From positions 1-45,217 of the forward strand of contig ADNK01000286.1 in the NCBI GenBank assembly GCA_000320545.1: 45,217 nt of DNA. Direction: 5' to 3'. The position numbers and the translations under genes are program-made. This DNA is from Bigelowiella natans CCMP2755. Taxonomy: Eukaryota > Protista > Cercozoa. Positions within the stretch are counted from its first letter, which is position 1, and the number at the start of each line of letters is the position of its first letter. The notes beneath the pieces were generated by a model that saw only the letters and a list, made by a program, of their open reading frames with translations, was not told where the DNA came from and did not search any database. Below are positions 11,801 through 24,321 of this stretch, piece after piece.

Positions 11801-12596
11801 ATGGGGAACGATCGTAGCCTTCCGTCGGCCCTCCCCCTCTCTCTTGTCCTTCTCGCTCTCTTCTCCGGAGAATTACGAGCAACAAGAGCCCCACCTTCTT
11901 CACCTCACCACGCCTACAGGATTAGAAGTGGAATTGCTGGTGAGAGTGTCATCACCCCTCGTTACCCTACCTTGGCCACGTCGTTGTACAGCCGATTATC
12001 CCTTCGCTCTCATTTACGTGGCATGGCAGTCCCTTTCTCGCAATACTTGAATAAGAAACGACATTTCTCGACACATGTGAGCAAGGCAGGTAGCCAGGGG
12101 GAGGGGGGTGGGCACCGGAGCGCGTTAGGCGGTGCGCGTGGTGGTACCCTACTTTCGGAGATACGGAAAAGATTACCGGAAGAGGTTCTTGAGTCGTTAG
12201 AGGCGGTAAGTCTTGATCTTTCCAAGAAAACCCGCATAGAAAGGCTAGCGAAGGCAATCGAGACCGGAGTCGGTGAGAATGAGCTACTAATTATGGCTGC
12301 AGAACTTCAGATTCGTGTGCCAAAGAGTGAAGCGGGTAAAAACCCGTATTTATGCATGCAGGCGGAGAGAGTCTCTGGGATCATTACCTCTGAAATCTTT
12401 GAGTCAGGCGATTCTGTTATACTTTTATCGAATGGAGTTGTTTTTGTGTGCGCAAAGGCATTGCAAGTTTGATGCACATGTTGGTTGATTGGTTGTAATC
12501 AGTGAATAAACGGTCAGTCTCAAAGGCCATTGCAAAGTGCTGGTACGCAGGTTCTTCGACAATTCCATCCATTCATTTCTATTCCTATTCACTTTC

Positions 12597-12658
<62 letters not shown>

Positions 12659-12681
12659 GTGTGTGTGTGGGAGAGAGAGAG

Positions 12682-12731
<50 letters not shown>

Positions 12732-13575
12732 TTGTTATTTTGAAAATAGACCGTGAATCTGTTAGCACCGGCAGCAATATCGCAGCAATCACGTATCATT
12801 ATTATTATCATTATTAATATCCACTCAGGTATAAAGGATCAAATCGAGAAACATAGACAGCAACAACTTGTGCAGCAAGATAGTAATGGGATACCGCAAG
12901 AACAGGGAGAAGACGAAGAAGAGGTAAATCCATATACTCCACAGCAGTAAGATTTATTGAGAGGCAGTTCATCGATTTGGCCTCCTTTAAGTCTCATCGA
13001 TCATCACTCTCCTCTGTTTCAACCTATTTCATCATTAGTGATACTTATTAGCACATACCGTTGTGGCAACTGTTTAGGTGCTTGGTCACGACTTCGACGC
13101 TGATGCATTCTTTGAGAGCCTCAGTCTGGATGAGAAGCTCGATGCCTTGGTATGACGAGGGATTAGCTGCCAATTGCAGGCACTCGGGAGGGGGAGAGGG
13201 GAGGGAGGGGATAGTAAGATAGCCACAACGATGACTTTTTTTCCTTTGTAGAGAAGAACATGTTGCGAGTGATTTGGAAGTGTAGTGAGAGAAATACCTA
13301 ACAACTGTAAAAATCGCAAGCAATCACTGCATTTACATTTCTTTATATATTTATATACATATGTAGATGCCATGCCTACCTTTGTATACAATATTATATC
13401 ATCACACACATATTGATGTTCTGTGTCTGTGTCTCCAATATGCTGCTGTTGCTACGACATGAAGGTGGAAACTTCTCCGACGGGATTGAATTACGCTGAG
13501 GTAGTAGTAATAGTAGTAGTAGTAGTAGTAGGGATAACAGAAGTCTCTTCGCCTCTCCTGCTGCTGCGGTTCCAT

Positions 13576-13608
<33 letters not shown>

Positions 13609-14676
13609 GTGATGATGGTGATGATGATAAAATCGGTTTGTTATCTAACTAACGGCAGCAAACGTTTGAAGTAGAACCTACCTACATCCCGCAGCCGCCG
13701 CCTACACCTGCACGCACATATGTGATATAATAACTGAAAACAATTTCAGGGCACAAAAACCATGTCCTCTTCATCGGCGATACTTCCCAAAGAAAGGGCA
13801 CTCCTTGTGAGAAAACGCAACGATTTCGTCACACATTCCCTCGAAAATAAACTATAGCTAACTGCCGCATATTAGCTATCTTCTTCTCGCCATTAGTACC
13901 ATAATATACCATCATGACCACTATTCTCATCATCACCATCAACGCCCTCCTTTAAATACTAATTTCATCACAAACGCCACGTATGATCTTTGTTCCTGGA
14001 TGATGATTATAGGTCGGTGTTGACACGTACGAAGCACGCTCGAGGGGAGGTAGGCGATGACGCGACGACGACGACGACGACGACGATGATGATGGAGATA
14101 TATTGGAAAAACGATTTTTGGGAGAAGATTCTTTCTAGATACCAACACCAACATTTGCTGCCCCTCCCACGAATATCATTATCATCCTCACGAAATGCCG
14201 ACTTTTGTCATTCACAACACGTAGGGTATAGCCTTGAAGAGTCTCTACTAGAGCTTGAGCGGCTCGCAGAGAGCGCGGGGCTGCGTGTCGTTGCATCTGC
14301 TTCGCAAAAGTACGAGGAGTGAGTCGTAGCTTGTGTATGAGACGATGCATGCGAAGATCATGGCTGTGAGTCATAAATATCATTATTCTTCTTCTTCTTC
14401 CGCCGGTAGTAGTATTAGAACGTTGGGTATCATAGTTGTATGAGTTCTTCCCCTCAATTCATGATATATTCGCTACTGCTTCGGTAAACTTGGATCCTCC
14501 TCCTCCCCCTTCTCCTTCTTCTCCTCCTCTCATTTTTTCCCATCTTGTTTGTTCTCTCCGTTCATTTTCTCTACCCCCCCCCACTTCTGTCTCTTACCGT
14601 CTCTCCCTATTCGTGGGCTTCGACGGTGTAGATTGTCATCACCGGATAGGAGCTACTATATAGGAGAGGTACGATT

Positions 14677-14712
<36 letters not shown>

Positions 14713-14854
14713 ACGACACCACACTACATGCCACGCCGAAGTTATGACAACACACTCCGTTACAACAAAAAAGGGCAAACTGGAGGAGGTAGTACGGACC
14801 GCAAAGCAATTCGAGGTAGGTGCTCGAAAGACCCCTTTGCCGTACACATACATG

Positions 14855-14906
<52 letters not shown>

Positions 14907-14930
14907 ATGTGTGTGTGTTTTAAAAAGAAA

Positions 14931-14965
<35 letters not shown>

Positions 14966-14975
14966 ACATATATAT

Positions 14976-15024
<49 letters not shown>

Positions 15025-15334
15025 CATTGGGTATTGAATACACGTGTCATCACTTGCCATCGTATCAACGTCATCATCAACGTCATCATCTTCGTCACCG
15101 TCATCATCTACTCTCGGCTATGCTACTGCACATTTTACGCTAAGGTCGAAACTGTGATATTTGACGATGAGTTGTCGCCGAGCCAGCTGAGAAATTTGGA
15201 GAGAAAGCTCGCAGAAGAGGTTGGCAGGAGCATAAAGAATAATGAGAACAGATCTTTTTTTTCAAGGCACCCATGCACGCCTACAAGCAGCAGCAGCAGC
15301 AGCAGCACATACAGAAATCGCACATCATGTGTTC

Positions 15335-15370
<36 letters not shown>

Positions 15371-15891
15371 TTACCGAACCAACAGGTGCCGGGTTGTCGT
15401 TTATGTGACAGGACAGCTCTCATATTAGACATATTTGACCAAAGGTAGGAGCGCAGGTTGCTGGTCTGTGCTGCTGCTGCTGCTGTTAGCCTCTTAACCC
15501 TCGTTGCTCAGTACTGTTGTTCGCTATGTTGTTGCCTCCTCGCCGCTAACCCTATGGCATCAGAGCGACGACGCAGGAAGCAAAGCTGCAGGTCAAACTC
15601 GCCCAGTTCGAGGTGCGCTCTATTAAAAATTAACAACCTGGGGGGGGGTGGGGCAGATTGTAGTAGCAGATATAGCAGCCCGTAGTAGTCGTAGTTTTTA
15701 TTTATAAAGCTATTTTCGCGGGAATTCCCCGACGAGTCGCGAATCCGAATTCTTTGGTGACAATCTGGAGTTATCCTTCTCTCCTCCTCACCCTTCTTGT
15801 TCTTATTGCTTATCTTCCAGTACCAACTACCAAGGCTAACGCGTATGTGGACGCATCTTGAAAGACAAGCAGGGTGAGAGATGATGCTTGA

Positions 15892-15924
<33 letters not shown>

Positions 15925-16021
15925 TCTTGCATACAGAGGCCCTGAAAGTCTACAAGCTTAAATCATGTGTAAATACGAACGCACACACACACACACACAC
16001 ACGCACACATATCTTGTCTGG

Positions 16022-16067
<46 letters not shown>

Positions 16068-16981
16068 GAAATGTGTCCAGGGGGATGGTAAAAGGCATGG
16101 GTGAGAAGCAAATCGAGGTAGTACAAGTAGCACCAGCCACTTCTCCTTCAAAGTTATTCATGCTTACCCATGTTGTTTCAACACAATATCACCCACCACC
16201 ACCACCTCCTCCTCCTCCTCCTTCCTCCTACCCTACCAACGCCAGGTCGATAAGCGCATTCTCAGAAAGAAAATGGGGAAGATCAGAGCAGCTCTGGAGC
16301 AGGTCATCATTGTGTTTATACTACAGTACTTCATCAACCCCCCCCCTGTGGAAGGCATTAGCATGTTTTGCCATCTATCGACTTGTCTCTTCTTAATATT
16401 GGCCACAGGTACGGGAAAAGCGGCTTCTCTACAGAGAGAGACGTGTCAAACAGCACATGCCTGTTGTTGCGCTAGTCGGCTACAGTAATGCAGGTGATGG
16501 TTACCCTCTTTTTTTTCTTCCTTTCTCTCTGTCTTTCATTTCATCGCCCTCTCTTTCATTACATTGCTCTCCTTCTCGTTTCTCTTTTTCTGTCATGTTC
16601 TTATGATAAATGGATGATAAGGGGAGGGTGGCAGTGGACGATGGCACTTGCCCTTTTTTTCAATGCTACTCCGGTTATAGGTAAGAGCACGTTGCTGAAC
16701 GCTCTTTCCGATGCGCAAGTGTCGGCGAAGGATAATCTATTCGAGACATTGGATCCCGTCACTCGCAAGATCTCCCTTCCACATGGCCAGGAAGTAGTAG
16801 TAGTAGTAGCAGCAGCAGCAGCAGTAGTAGTGTCAGTTGTACCAGCAACTACACTTTATGGAAGTCATCATTCCACGATTGTTTTCTGAGCTCTAAATAT
16901 TGCTCAGGTCTTGCTAACTGATACGGTCGGCTTCGTGCAGCGGTAGTATGCCCGACGCCGTGTCCTGACGATATATCGAAT

Positions 16982-17012
<31 letters not shown>

Positions 17013-17094
17013 GGATGATGAGGATGAGGATGGTGAGAATGGTGATGACGAGGAGGAGGATGAGGATGGGGACGATGACAGGATGATCGATGAC

Positions 17095-17130
<36 letters not shown>

Positions 17131-18292
17131 ATGATGATGCGATGATGATGATCCACAGGAGAGTTGATTCGATGTACTCGTCGTTCTTGATCCTGGTATT
17201 TTGTAGCCTACCACCACAACTCGTCGCCGCATTCCAAGCCACCCTCGAAGAGATCAAATACGCGAACCTAATCTGCCACGTTGTGGATGTGAGCTCGGCA
17301 ATGGCAAAGGACCAGTATAAGGTGGAGATCGCTGTTAGCATCCGTTTGACCTATTGAAAGTATTTCTTCCGTTACAGTACTTAAACTACTACTGCTACTA
17401 CTGCTGCTGCTGCTGCTACTACAAAAGGTGACCAAAAAGGTTCTCAAAGATATCATCGGCCCCAAAAATGTACGTACTCTCTCTCCACCCACCCTATTTT
17501 CATAAATATCACCAAATCAAGAATACACCACCATTACAACCCACTTGCTGCTGCTGCTGCTACGTGGTCATTGCAGGTTCCCACGCTTACCATCTGCAAT
17601 AAGATAGACATGGTCGCGCCGCTGCCCTCTCACGAGGAAGAAACCTCTCAGATGGAGGAGGGGGTTGAGGAGGAGGGGAAAGAAATAACAGAGGCTGCTC
17701 GTAACTACAGCGATCGATTTGCGAGCGAGGCTACCGTTGGCATATCAGCGTTGACAGGAGAAGGGCTGAAAGAAATGCTAACAAGGATCCAAGATGTTCT
17801 ACGGAAAGACATGATTTCGATGTCGGGATTGCTCCCATATACACAGGCTCAACTCCTCAATGTCATTAGGAAGCAAGGTACTGAGAGTATAGAAGGTATG
17901 AAAAGAAGAAGAGACACGTGAGATACATATTGAAATATGTCGTACTCCTCTCTTCGTAAATGGCTTTGTATTTGGACCTCTATGTTTTTATGTTCATAAA
18001 TATGCACAGGCGCGCTGCTGGATATTGAGTACACTGAGGAGGGCATTCGTATAGTGGCCGACGTACATGAGGACCTACATGGTAGTACCGTAGAGGAGAG
18101 GCAACATTTTCGTGAAAATATACCTTTAATGCCAGTCGGGCATGCCATCAGAAAGTGAATCCACGAGCACATTAATATGATGCGTATACACATATACACA
18201 CGCACACAGTATAGTACACGTACAAACATTGTGAATTCATTGCATCATAACGACATCGCTCAGGTTTATTAGAAGGGCATCTTATACGGTAA
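11801..18292 (+). CDS. hflX: Ribosome-splitting GTPase HflX with N-terminal signal/transit-like extension; many exons
   Basis: Exons encode SLEESLLELERLAESAGLRVV, YIGEGKLEEV, VIFDDELSPSQLRNLE, DRTALILDIFDQR, AKLQVKLAQ, YQLPRLTRMWTHLERQ, GMGEKQIEVDKR, GKSTLLNAL, DNLFETLDPVTR, LTDTVGFVQ, LPPQLVAAFQATLEE, NKID and GISALTGEG. Likely last exon GLLEGHLIR* (stop 18290-18292); alternative stop at 18158. Confidence 0.92.
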
Positions 18293-19975
18293 TGAGGAAT
18301 CAGTTTCTCTTGATCTGAAGTCAACCAAGAGAAAGATTACAATTGTAGCGCTTAGCCATTATTGCACGATGGGGAGCTATCCTAGGATCTGTGGATGGAC
18401 GGACTGGACACAAAATAACAGTACTGCGAGCACACCTTATAATAAGGCGCAATAAACAGACCCAAAAGCGAAGCTACAAATACAATTCCAGCTGTATAGA
18501 TAATGAAATAGCATCGCGTGAACTTTGTGACTCGTTCGATACGATGTATCTCACGTACCTCAACAGTAGACACAACGTATTCTGCTTTTCATAGTCTACT
18601 TTGCTTTTGCTCTGGCCCGATGTAGCATTACTGCGGCTGGTATTGTGTTCTTGATTATCTACCCATGTCTGGATGTGCATGGCCGTGTATGGCCATAGAG
18701 ACATCTTGTAAGAGTTTCTAAGTAGTAGCGATGTCCATGGCAAGACGCAAAACATTTCGTTGTTGTTAGCACCACAATGGTACCTTGCAAGTGTTTTGCG
18801 TCTTTCTATGGCTAGATGGGCATCGCATATACATCGTTTCACAAGAACGGCGAAGATTTCTCTATATTCCAAATTCTTCCCATCACCACTGAAATTTGTG
18901 TGCTGTAGCTACTGTCGCTATATCGCATGAGAAGAAGAAGAACAATCGCACGCGGAATGCATGATGTATGCCAGTTTTTTGTTCGATTGCACATGCTAGT
19001 ATGAAATCTAGCTAGTTACGGATATTTAGATGTACGTATTGCATGCTAGCTAGCATGCAAAATTAAAGTGCCTGCGTGTGCGTGTGTACACGCTTTCTAG
19101 CTCTGTGCACATGATATGCAATGATACATGCCAAGCATGCTAACAAAAGCATGCTATGAGATACGTAGCTATATGCTAGCTAGCTAGCTAGTTATTAGGA
19201 CTATAGACAGTGCTTTGTTATGTGCATATTGCATGTACACGTGTCCATTGTCATGCAAAAAGGCATGCAAAATACCGGACATTATACTAGCTCTTCTGTT
19301 CGATTCCTCGAGTCGTTCTTTGGTATGTGTAAAGTTTTGCACATCATGCATGGTCTCTATAGCGGCACATCTAGACATGACGATGACGATTTACAATAGA
19401 CATGTAGTGAGTGGGTTCTATGCATTTCCACGTGTAGTACATACATGCCATTGCTAGATTGCTTGTGTCTATATCATCAATATCTTATATGTGCAAGAAA
19501 TTGATGAATAAAGCAGGTGATTATGCATGCGTGATGCTCGCGCGCATCGTAGTGCATATCTAGACATTCTAGACATTTCCTTTCTGCCCCGCAACGACTC
19601 TCTGTCTTACTGTGTTTCTAGACTACACGTGGCATCTTGACGCACATGTCTGGATGTGTAGGTATCTGGACGCCATACACAGTAAAATATTTCGATGCTG
19701 ATTTATAACTTGCTAGAAAACATTCACATGTTGGTGTTCCAAAATCGTATCCCGGCGAGCTGCTGGACATAAGCAGCTGCTTGGGCTGAACAATGTCAGT
19801 GTAGGTCACAAACATACCCAGTAACGTATGCATCCGTTTTGGCAAACATTGGAAAATGTATCGCATTTTAATAATTATTCGGGCTGATTGTAAATTGTTG
19901 GCCATAATACACCCCGAATCATACAGTGGATAATGAAAGGATATTTTTTTTCAGTTCAGATCTGTGAGTTAACAA

Positions 19976-20983
19976 TTATCGCTCCTCTCCTTCTTCGAAC
20001 ATTTTTTGTGAGAATTCTAGCATTTCTTTCGTGATTTTAGTCCCGAAAATAGAATTGAAGAATAGGTTGATTGGATTCAACAAACACTTAGGAGCCTCTT
20101 CTGTTAGGAGAACGCCGGCATTTCGAACTTTTACCCAAGTTACATGTTTATTCTCCTGCATTGCAGCCATCACAGCAAGCGCCTCGTTTTCCATTAACCC
20201 GCCATCGGCCACAAGGATCAAAGTTTGGCATTTGATGCTCTTTAGCTGCTCTCGGATGTCTTTACGAGAGGTAAAGGCGACTTGGATGTTTTTAACGTTA
20301 GCCTGATTTAGCCTGAAGAAAAGCTTCTCATGAAGCTCTAAAAGTTCAGTGTTCTCACGTATCGTTAGGCGATGAAACCATCGAGTAGTAAATTGTTCTA
20401 CCCACCACCTATCGTATTTTAGAACTTTATTTGCGAAGATGTTGCACTTTTCATAGATCCAATCAAAATACCAACTTTTTTCAGCCACGGGACTAATCAA
20501 CATAAGTGTTTGTAAACGGTCTGGGTTTTTCGAAGCAAAATCCAGAAACACATAAGATCCCATCCCACAACCAAGGGCATGAAACTTATTCACTTTGGCC
20601 TGCTTTAGAACGTGTTCTAAATGCTTAGTCAGGGACTCCATCGTCAGCGTTGTCTCTAAGGTGGATGCTCCAAAATGCTGACCAGGTGGGTTTACGTGGA
20701 CAAAATGGAAATGTTTAAAGACACAGTTGGATCCACAAAACTGGATAAATAACTTGAAGCAAGAGTCAAAATTGGTCCCAGCATCAGGATACGTAACCAA
20801 GGCGGGGAGCTTCCTGTCCCCAACGATGATCACCTCGCTGTCGCCCCACTCAGAGCTAATGATCTCTGGTTGAAATTCATCATTATCACCGACTTGCTTC
20901 TGACCATTTTCCACTTGGATCTGGATGCCATCGCCTTTGTTGAGCATTTTAAGCTCCTCACCATCATCGCCCGCAGAGGCCAT
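19976..20983 (-). CDS. NDRG/NDL (Ndr family) alpha/beta-hydrolase-fold protein, intronless
   Basis: PALVTYPDAGTNFDSCF, HFVHVNPPGQHFGA, FHALGCGMGSYV..FA..NPDRL..LMLISP and GVLLTEEAP match Ndr family motifs. First ATG (MASAGDD) is at 20983; the track starts at a TTG at 21058. Confidence 0.85.
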   Translation of the reverse strand: MASAGDDGEELKMLNKGDGIQIQVENGQKQVGDNDEFQPEIISSEWGDSEVIIVGDRKLPALVTYPDAGTNFDSCFKLFIQFCGSNCVFKHFHFVHVNPPGQHFGASTLETTLTMESLTKHLEHVLKQAKVNKFHALGCGMGSYVFLDFASKNPDRLQTLMLISPVAEKSWYFDWIYEKCNIFANKVLKYDRWWVEQFTTRWFHRLTIRENTELLELHEKLFFRLNQANVKNIQVAFTSRKDIREQLKSIKCQTLILVADGGLMENEALAVMAAMQENKHVTWVKVRNAGVLLTEEAPKCLLNPINLFFNSIFGTKITKEMLEFSQKMFEEGEER

Positions 20984-21708
20984 CTCCTCCTCCCTGGAAT
21001 CCTTCGTTCTCAGGAGCACTGCAGGTAAGTTCAGACTTGCTTCCAATTCGCCGTGCAAGAAAGCGTGGCCTTTTCACTTATTGTTTTCGCAATGTTCATG
21101 TCGGCATACAAATATGCCCTGCCCTTGTCCTATCTACCTTTTATTCGTAAGGAAAACAACACCCCTCTTTTCCCTGTTCGTGTGAACATCGAAGTTAGGC
21201 ATTATTGTATTGAACAGCGGGAGTTTACATTTACACTTTCAGGTTTGGAGAATTCTCGAATCGTCAGATCTGCTTATACTCGTATTGATAAAACACATGC
21301 GTTTTTTGTCTGGAGATCTTCGACTCTCGTAAATCTAGATCTAGATCTAAGGCATTTTGAATTAAACAGCTGGGAAGTCAAGAACTACTAACTAGGAACA
21401 TCGAAAGACAAAAACGCAGGGGGACATGTGATAGCGTCGACCTAATCTCGTGCAAACTCGTGTGAAATTATCATTCCAAAAGACGTAGTAGTTTCGCATT
21501 TCGCGAAGGCAACCACACCAAGACGGCAAATAGAAGAAAATCTAACTTTGCATCCTACGACAACAAAAATTTCCCACTACATAGATATTCATAGGGAATT
21601 ACTCAAATGATGTATCCTAATAATATCATTAATTAGGTCTTATTATATTTGCATATCTAGATTCACCAGTTTCACATTATCCAAAGTCCGATCCCCCACG
21701 CTACAAAA

Positions 21709-23736
21709 ATGGGTTGCTCTGCTAGTAAAGAAGATCGCCAGAAAAACACCCTAAAGAGCGCTGGCACCTTGGTGTACTTCATGGGTCTACAATCACGTGG
21801 CGAGCCATGCCGCATGATCGCTGCCTATGGCGGTGTAGATTTGAAGGACAAGCTTTTGACCTTCGAGGAGTGGGGCAAGCTGAAGTCTGAGAAGATTCCT
21901 TACCTACCTTACATTGAGCAGCCAGATGGTAAGATCAAGCTCGAAACCGTCGAACTCTGCAAGCATCTTGCAACTTTGGGTGGTAAGATGACGGTGGATG
22001 AGAAGCAAACTGAGCTGTGTAAGACGGCCAACTCTCATCCAATGCAAACTGCTGATCCATACCTGAACTTGCCTGAGGAGGCTTGGCCAAACTACAAGCT
22101 TCCATCCCTCGAAGACTGGGTTAAACAGCTTGCACCAGTACTCAAGAAGCTTGCGGGCGATCTTGGGGATGGACCTTTCTTCGGAGGTGAGACTCCCGGA
22201 TACGGTGAGGCATTTATTTGGCACAACATTGAGAATCAGATGATTGGGCCTGCTTCGGCGCAGATTAAGGAGGCTGTTGGTGCAGAGGACATGAAAAAGT
22301 TGATGGCTTTCCATGCAAAGTTCAAGGAATTACCTGGAGTGAAGGAGTACCTTGCTGGCCGCCCTAAGAAGTTCGGTGCACCTGGTAGCTTCGCTTCAAA
22401 ATTGGGTCCCAAAGAAGCTGGCACGCTAGTATACTTCATGGGTCTACAATCACGTGGCGAGCCATGCCGCATGATCGCTGCCTATGGCGGTGTAGATTTG
22501 AAGGACAAGCTTTTGACCTTCGAGGAGTGGGGCAAGCTGAAGTCTGAGAAGATTCCTTACTTACCTTACATTGAGCAGCCAGATGGTAAGATCAAGCTCG
22601 AAACCGTCGAACTCTGCAAGCATCTTGCAACTTTGGGTGGTAAGATGACGGTGGATGAGAAGCAAACTGAGCTGTGTAAGACGGCCAACTCTCATCCAAT
22701 GCAAACTGCTGATCCATACCTGAACTTGCCTGAGGAGGCTTGGCCAAACTACAAGCTTCCATCCCTCGAAGACTGGGTTAAACAGCTTGCACCAGTACTC
22801 AAGAAGCTTGCGGGCGATCTTGGGGATGGACCTTTCTTCGGAGGTGAGACTCCCGGATACGGTGAGGCATTTATTTGGCACAACATTGAGAATCAGATGA
22901 TTGGGCCTGCTTCGGCGCAGATTAAGGAGGCTGTTGGTGCAGAGGACATGAAAAAGTTGATGGCTTTCCATGCAAAGTTCAAGGAATTACCTGGAGTGAA
23001 GGAGTACCTTGCTGGCCGCCCTAAGAAGTTCGGTGCACCTGGTAGCTTCGCTTCAAAATTGGGTTCGGAAGAGAAGAGCAGCAAAAACGCAGGTACGCTA
23101 GTATACTTCATGGGTCTACAATCACGTGGCGAGCCATGCCGCATGATCGCTGCCTATGGCGGTGTAGATTTGAAGGACAAGCTTTTGACCTTCGAGGAGT
23201 GGGGCAAGCTGAAGTCTGAGAAGATTCCTTACCTACCTTACATTGAGCAGCCAGATGGTAAGATCAAGCTCGAAACCGTCGAACTCTGCAAGCATCTTGC
23301 AACTTTGGGTGGTAAGATGACGGTGGATGAGAAGCAAACTGAGCTGTGTAAGACGGCCAACTCTCATCCAATGCAAACTGCTGATCCATACCTGAACTTG
23401 CCTGAGGAGGCTTGGCCAAACTACAAGCTTCCATCCCTCGAAGACTGGGTTAAACAGCTTGCACCAGTACTCAAGAAGCTTGCGGGCGATCTTGGGGATG
23501 GACCTTTCTTTGGAGGTGAGACTCCCGGATACGGTGAGGCATTTATTTGGCACAACATTGAGAATCAGATGATTGGGCCTGCTTCGGCGCAGATTAAGGA
23601 GGCTGTTGGTGCAGAGGACATGAAAAAGTTGATGGCTTTCCATGCAAAGTTCAAGGAATTACCTGGAGTGAAGGAGTACCTTGCTGGCCGCCCTAAGAAG
23701 TTCGGTGCACCTGGTAGCTTCGCCTCAAAACTATGA
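21709..23736 (+). CDS. Glutathione S-transferase with three tandem near-identical sigma-like GST domains and an N-terminal MGCSAS acylation motif; intronless
   Basis: Each unit has LVYFMGLQSRGEPCRMIAAYGG (Tyr-type GST N-terminus), LPYIEQPDG, GPFFGGETPGYGE and PGVKEYLAGRP. Units start at 21760, 22417 and 23089. Confidence 0.88.
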   Translation: MGCSASKEDRQKNTLKSAGTLVYFMGLQSRGEPCRMIAAYGGVDLKDKLLTFEEWGKLKSEKIPYLPYIEQPDGKIKLETVELCKHLATLGGKMTVDEKQTELCKTANSHPMQTADPYLNLPEEAWPNYKLPSLEDWVKQLAPVLKKLAGDLGDGPFFGGETPGYGEAFIWHNIENQMIGPASAQIKEAVGAEDMKKLMAFHAKFKELPGVKEYLAGRPKKFGAPGSFASKLGPKEAGTLVYFMGLQSRGEPCRMIAAYGGVDLKDKLLTFEEWGKLKSEKIPYLPYIEQPDGKIKLETVELCKHLATLGGKMTVDEKQTELCKTANSHPMQTADPYLNLPEEAWPNYKLPSLEDWVKQLAPVLKKLAGDLGDGPFFGGETPGYGEAFIWHNIENQMIGPASAQIKEAVGAEDMKKLMAFHAKFKELPGVKEYLAGRPKKFGAPGSFASKLGSEEKSSKNAGTLVYFMGLQSRGEPCRMIAAYGGVDLKDKLLTFEEWGKLKSEKIPYLPYIEQPDGKIKLETVELCKHLATLGGKMTVDEKQTELCKTANSHPMQTADPYLNLPEEAWPNYKLPSLEDWVKQLAPVLKKLAGDLGDGPFFGGETPGYGEAFIWHNIENQMIGPASAQIKEAVGAEDMKKLMAFHAKFKELPGVKEYLAGRPKKFGAPGSFASKL

Positions 23737-23843
23737 GAGTCACGTGAGTTTTAGCGTAGACAAAATTTTATTTGGTTCACAAGATGATGCTCTGTGCATG
23801 ATGATTGTGAAGGTAATTGTTCATTAGTAATTCTTTCATCCAT

Positions 23844-23887
<44 letters not shown>

Positions 23888-24321
23888 GCTATTACTATGT
23901 CTATTATAAGTATAGCTCTATATTATCACGCATCTACGAATCGTGCGTTTCTACTCTCACACACTCTGAAAAACTGTCACCATGATTGCATGTGTGTGCA
24001 CATAGCATGTTTGTGATGCACACTTGCAAAGCAAGAGACACGTATGTACTTGCGTATGTGCTTGGTCTCTTGCACGATGCGTACATGCTAGCATGTTGTT
24101 AACCGAACGTCATGCATATGCATATACATATGTGCGTGCGTGTGTGTGTGATCAGCATGTGCGCATCGCATGCTGTGCAGCGCAGCACGTACATGATTTA
24201 AACTGCGCGCCTCTATAGTATATTCCAATTGTATAATAAATTTTGCTACGTACTTACAATACCCCTTCGCCCCTTCCCTCCCCTCCCCCCCCCCCTCGTT
24301 CTTCTCCGTCCGTTTCTGGTA

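Noticed and set aside
18382-18872. Minus-strand ORFs with one hydrophobic stretch downstream of HflX
   Set aside because: No recognisable domain and no consistent start or splice model; could be UTR or a gene relic.
21760-23733. GST triplication as a pure assembly artefact
   Set aside because: Units carry distinct synonymous variants and different in-frame linkers, although long-read confirmation is still advisable.
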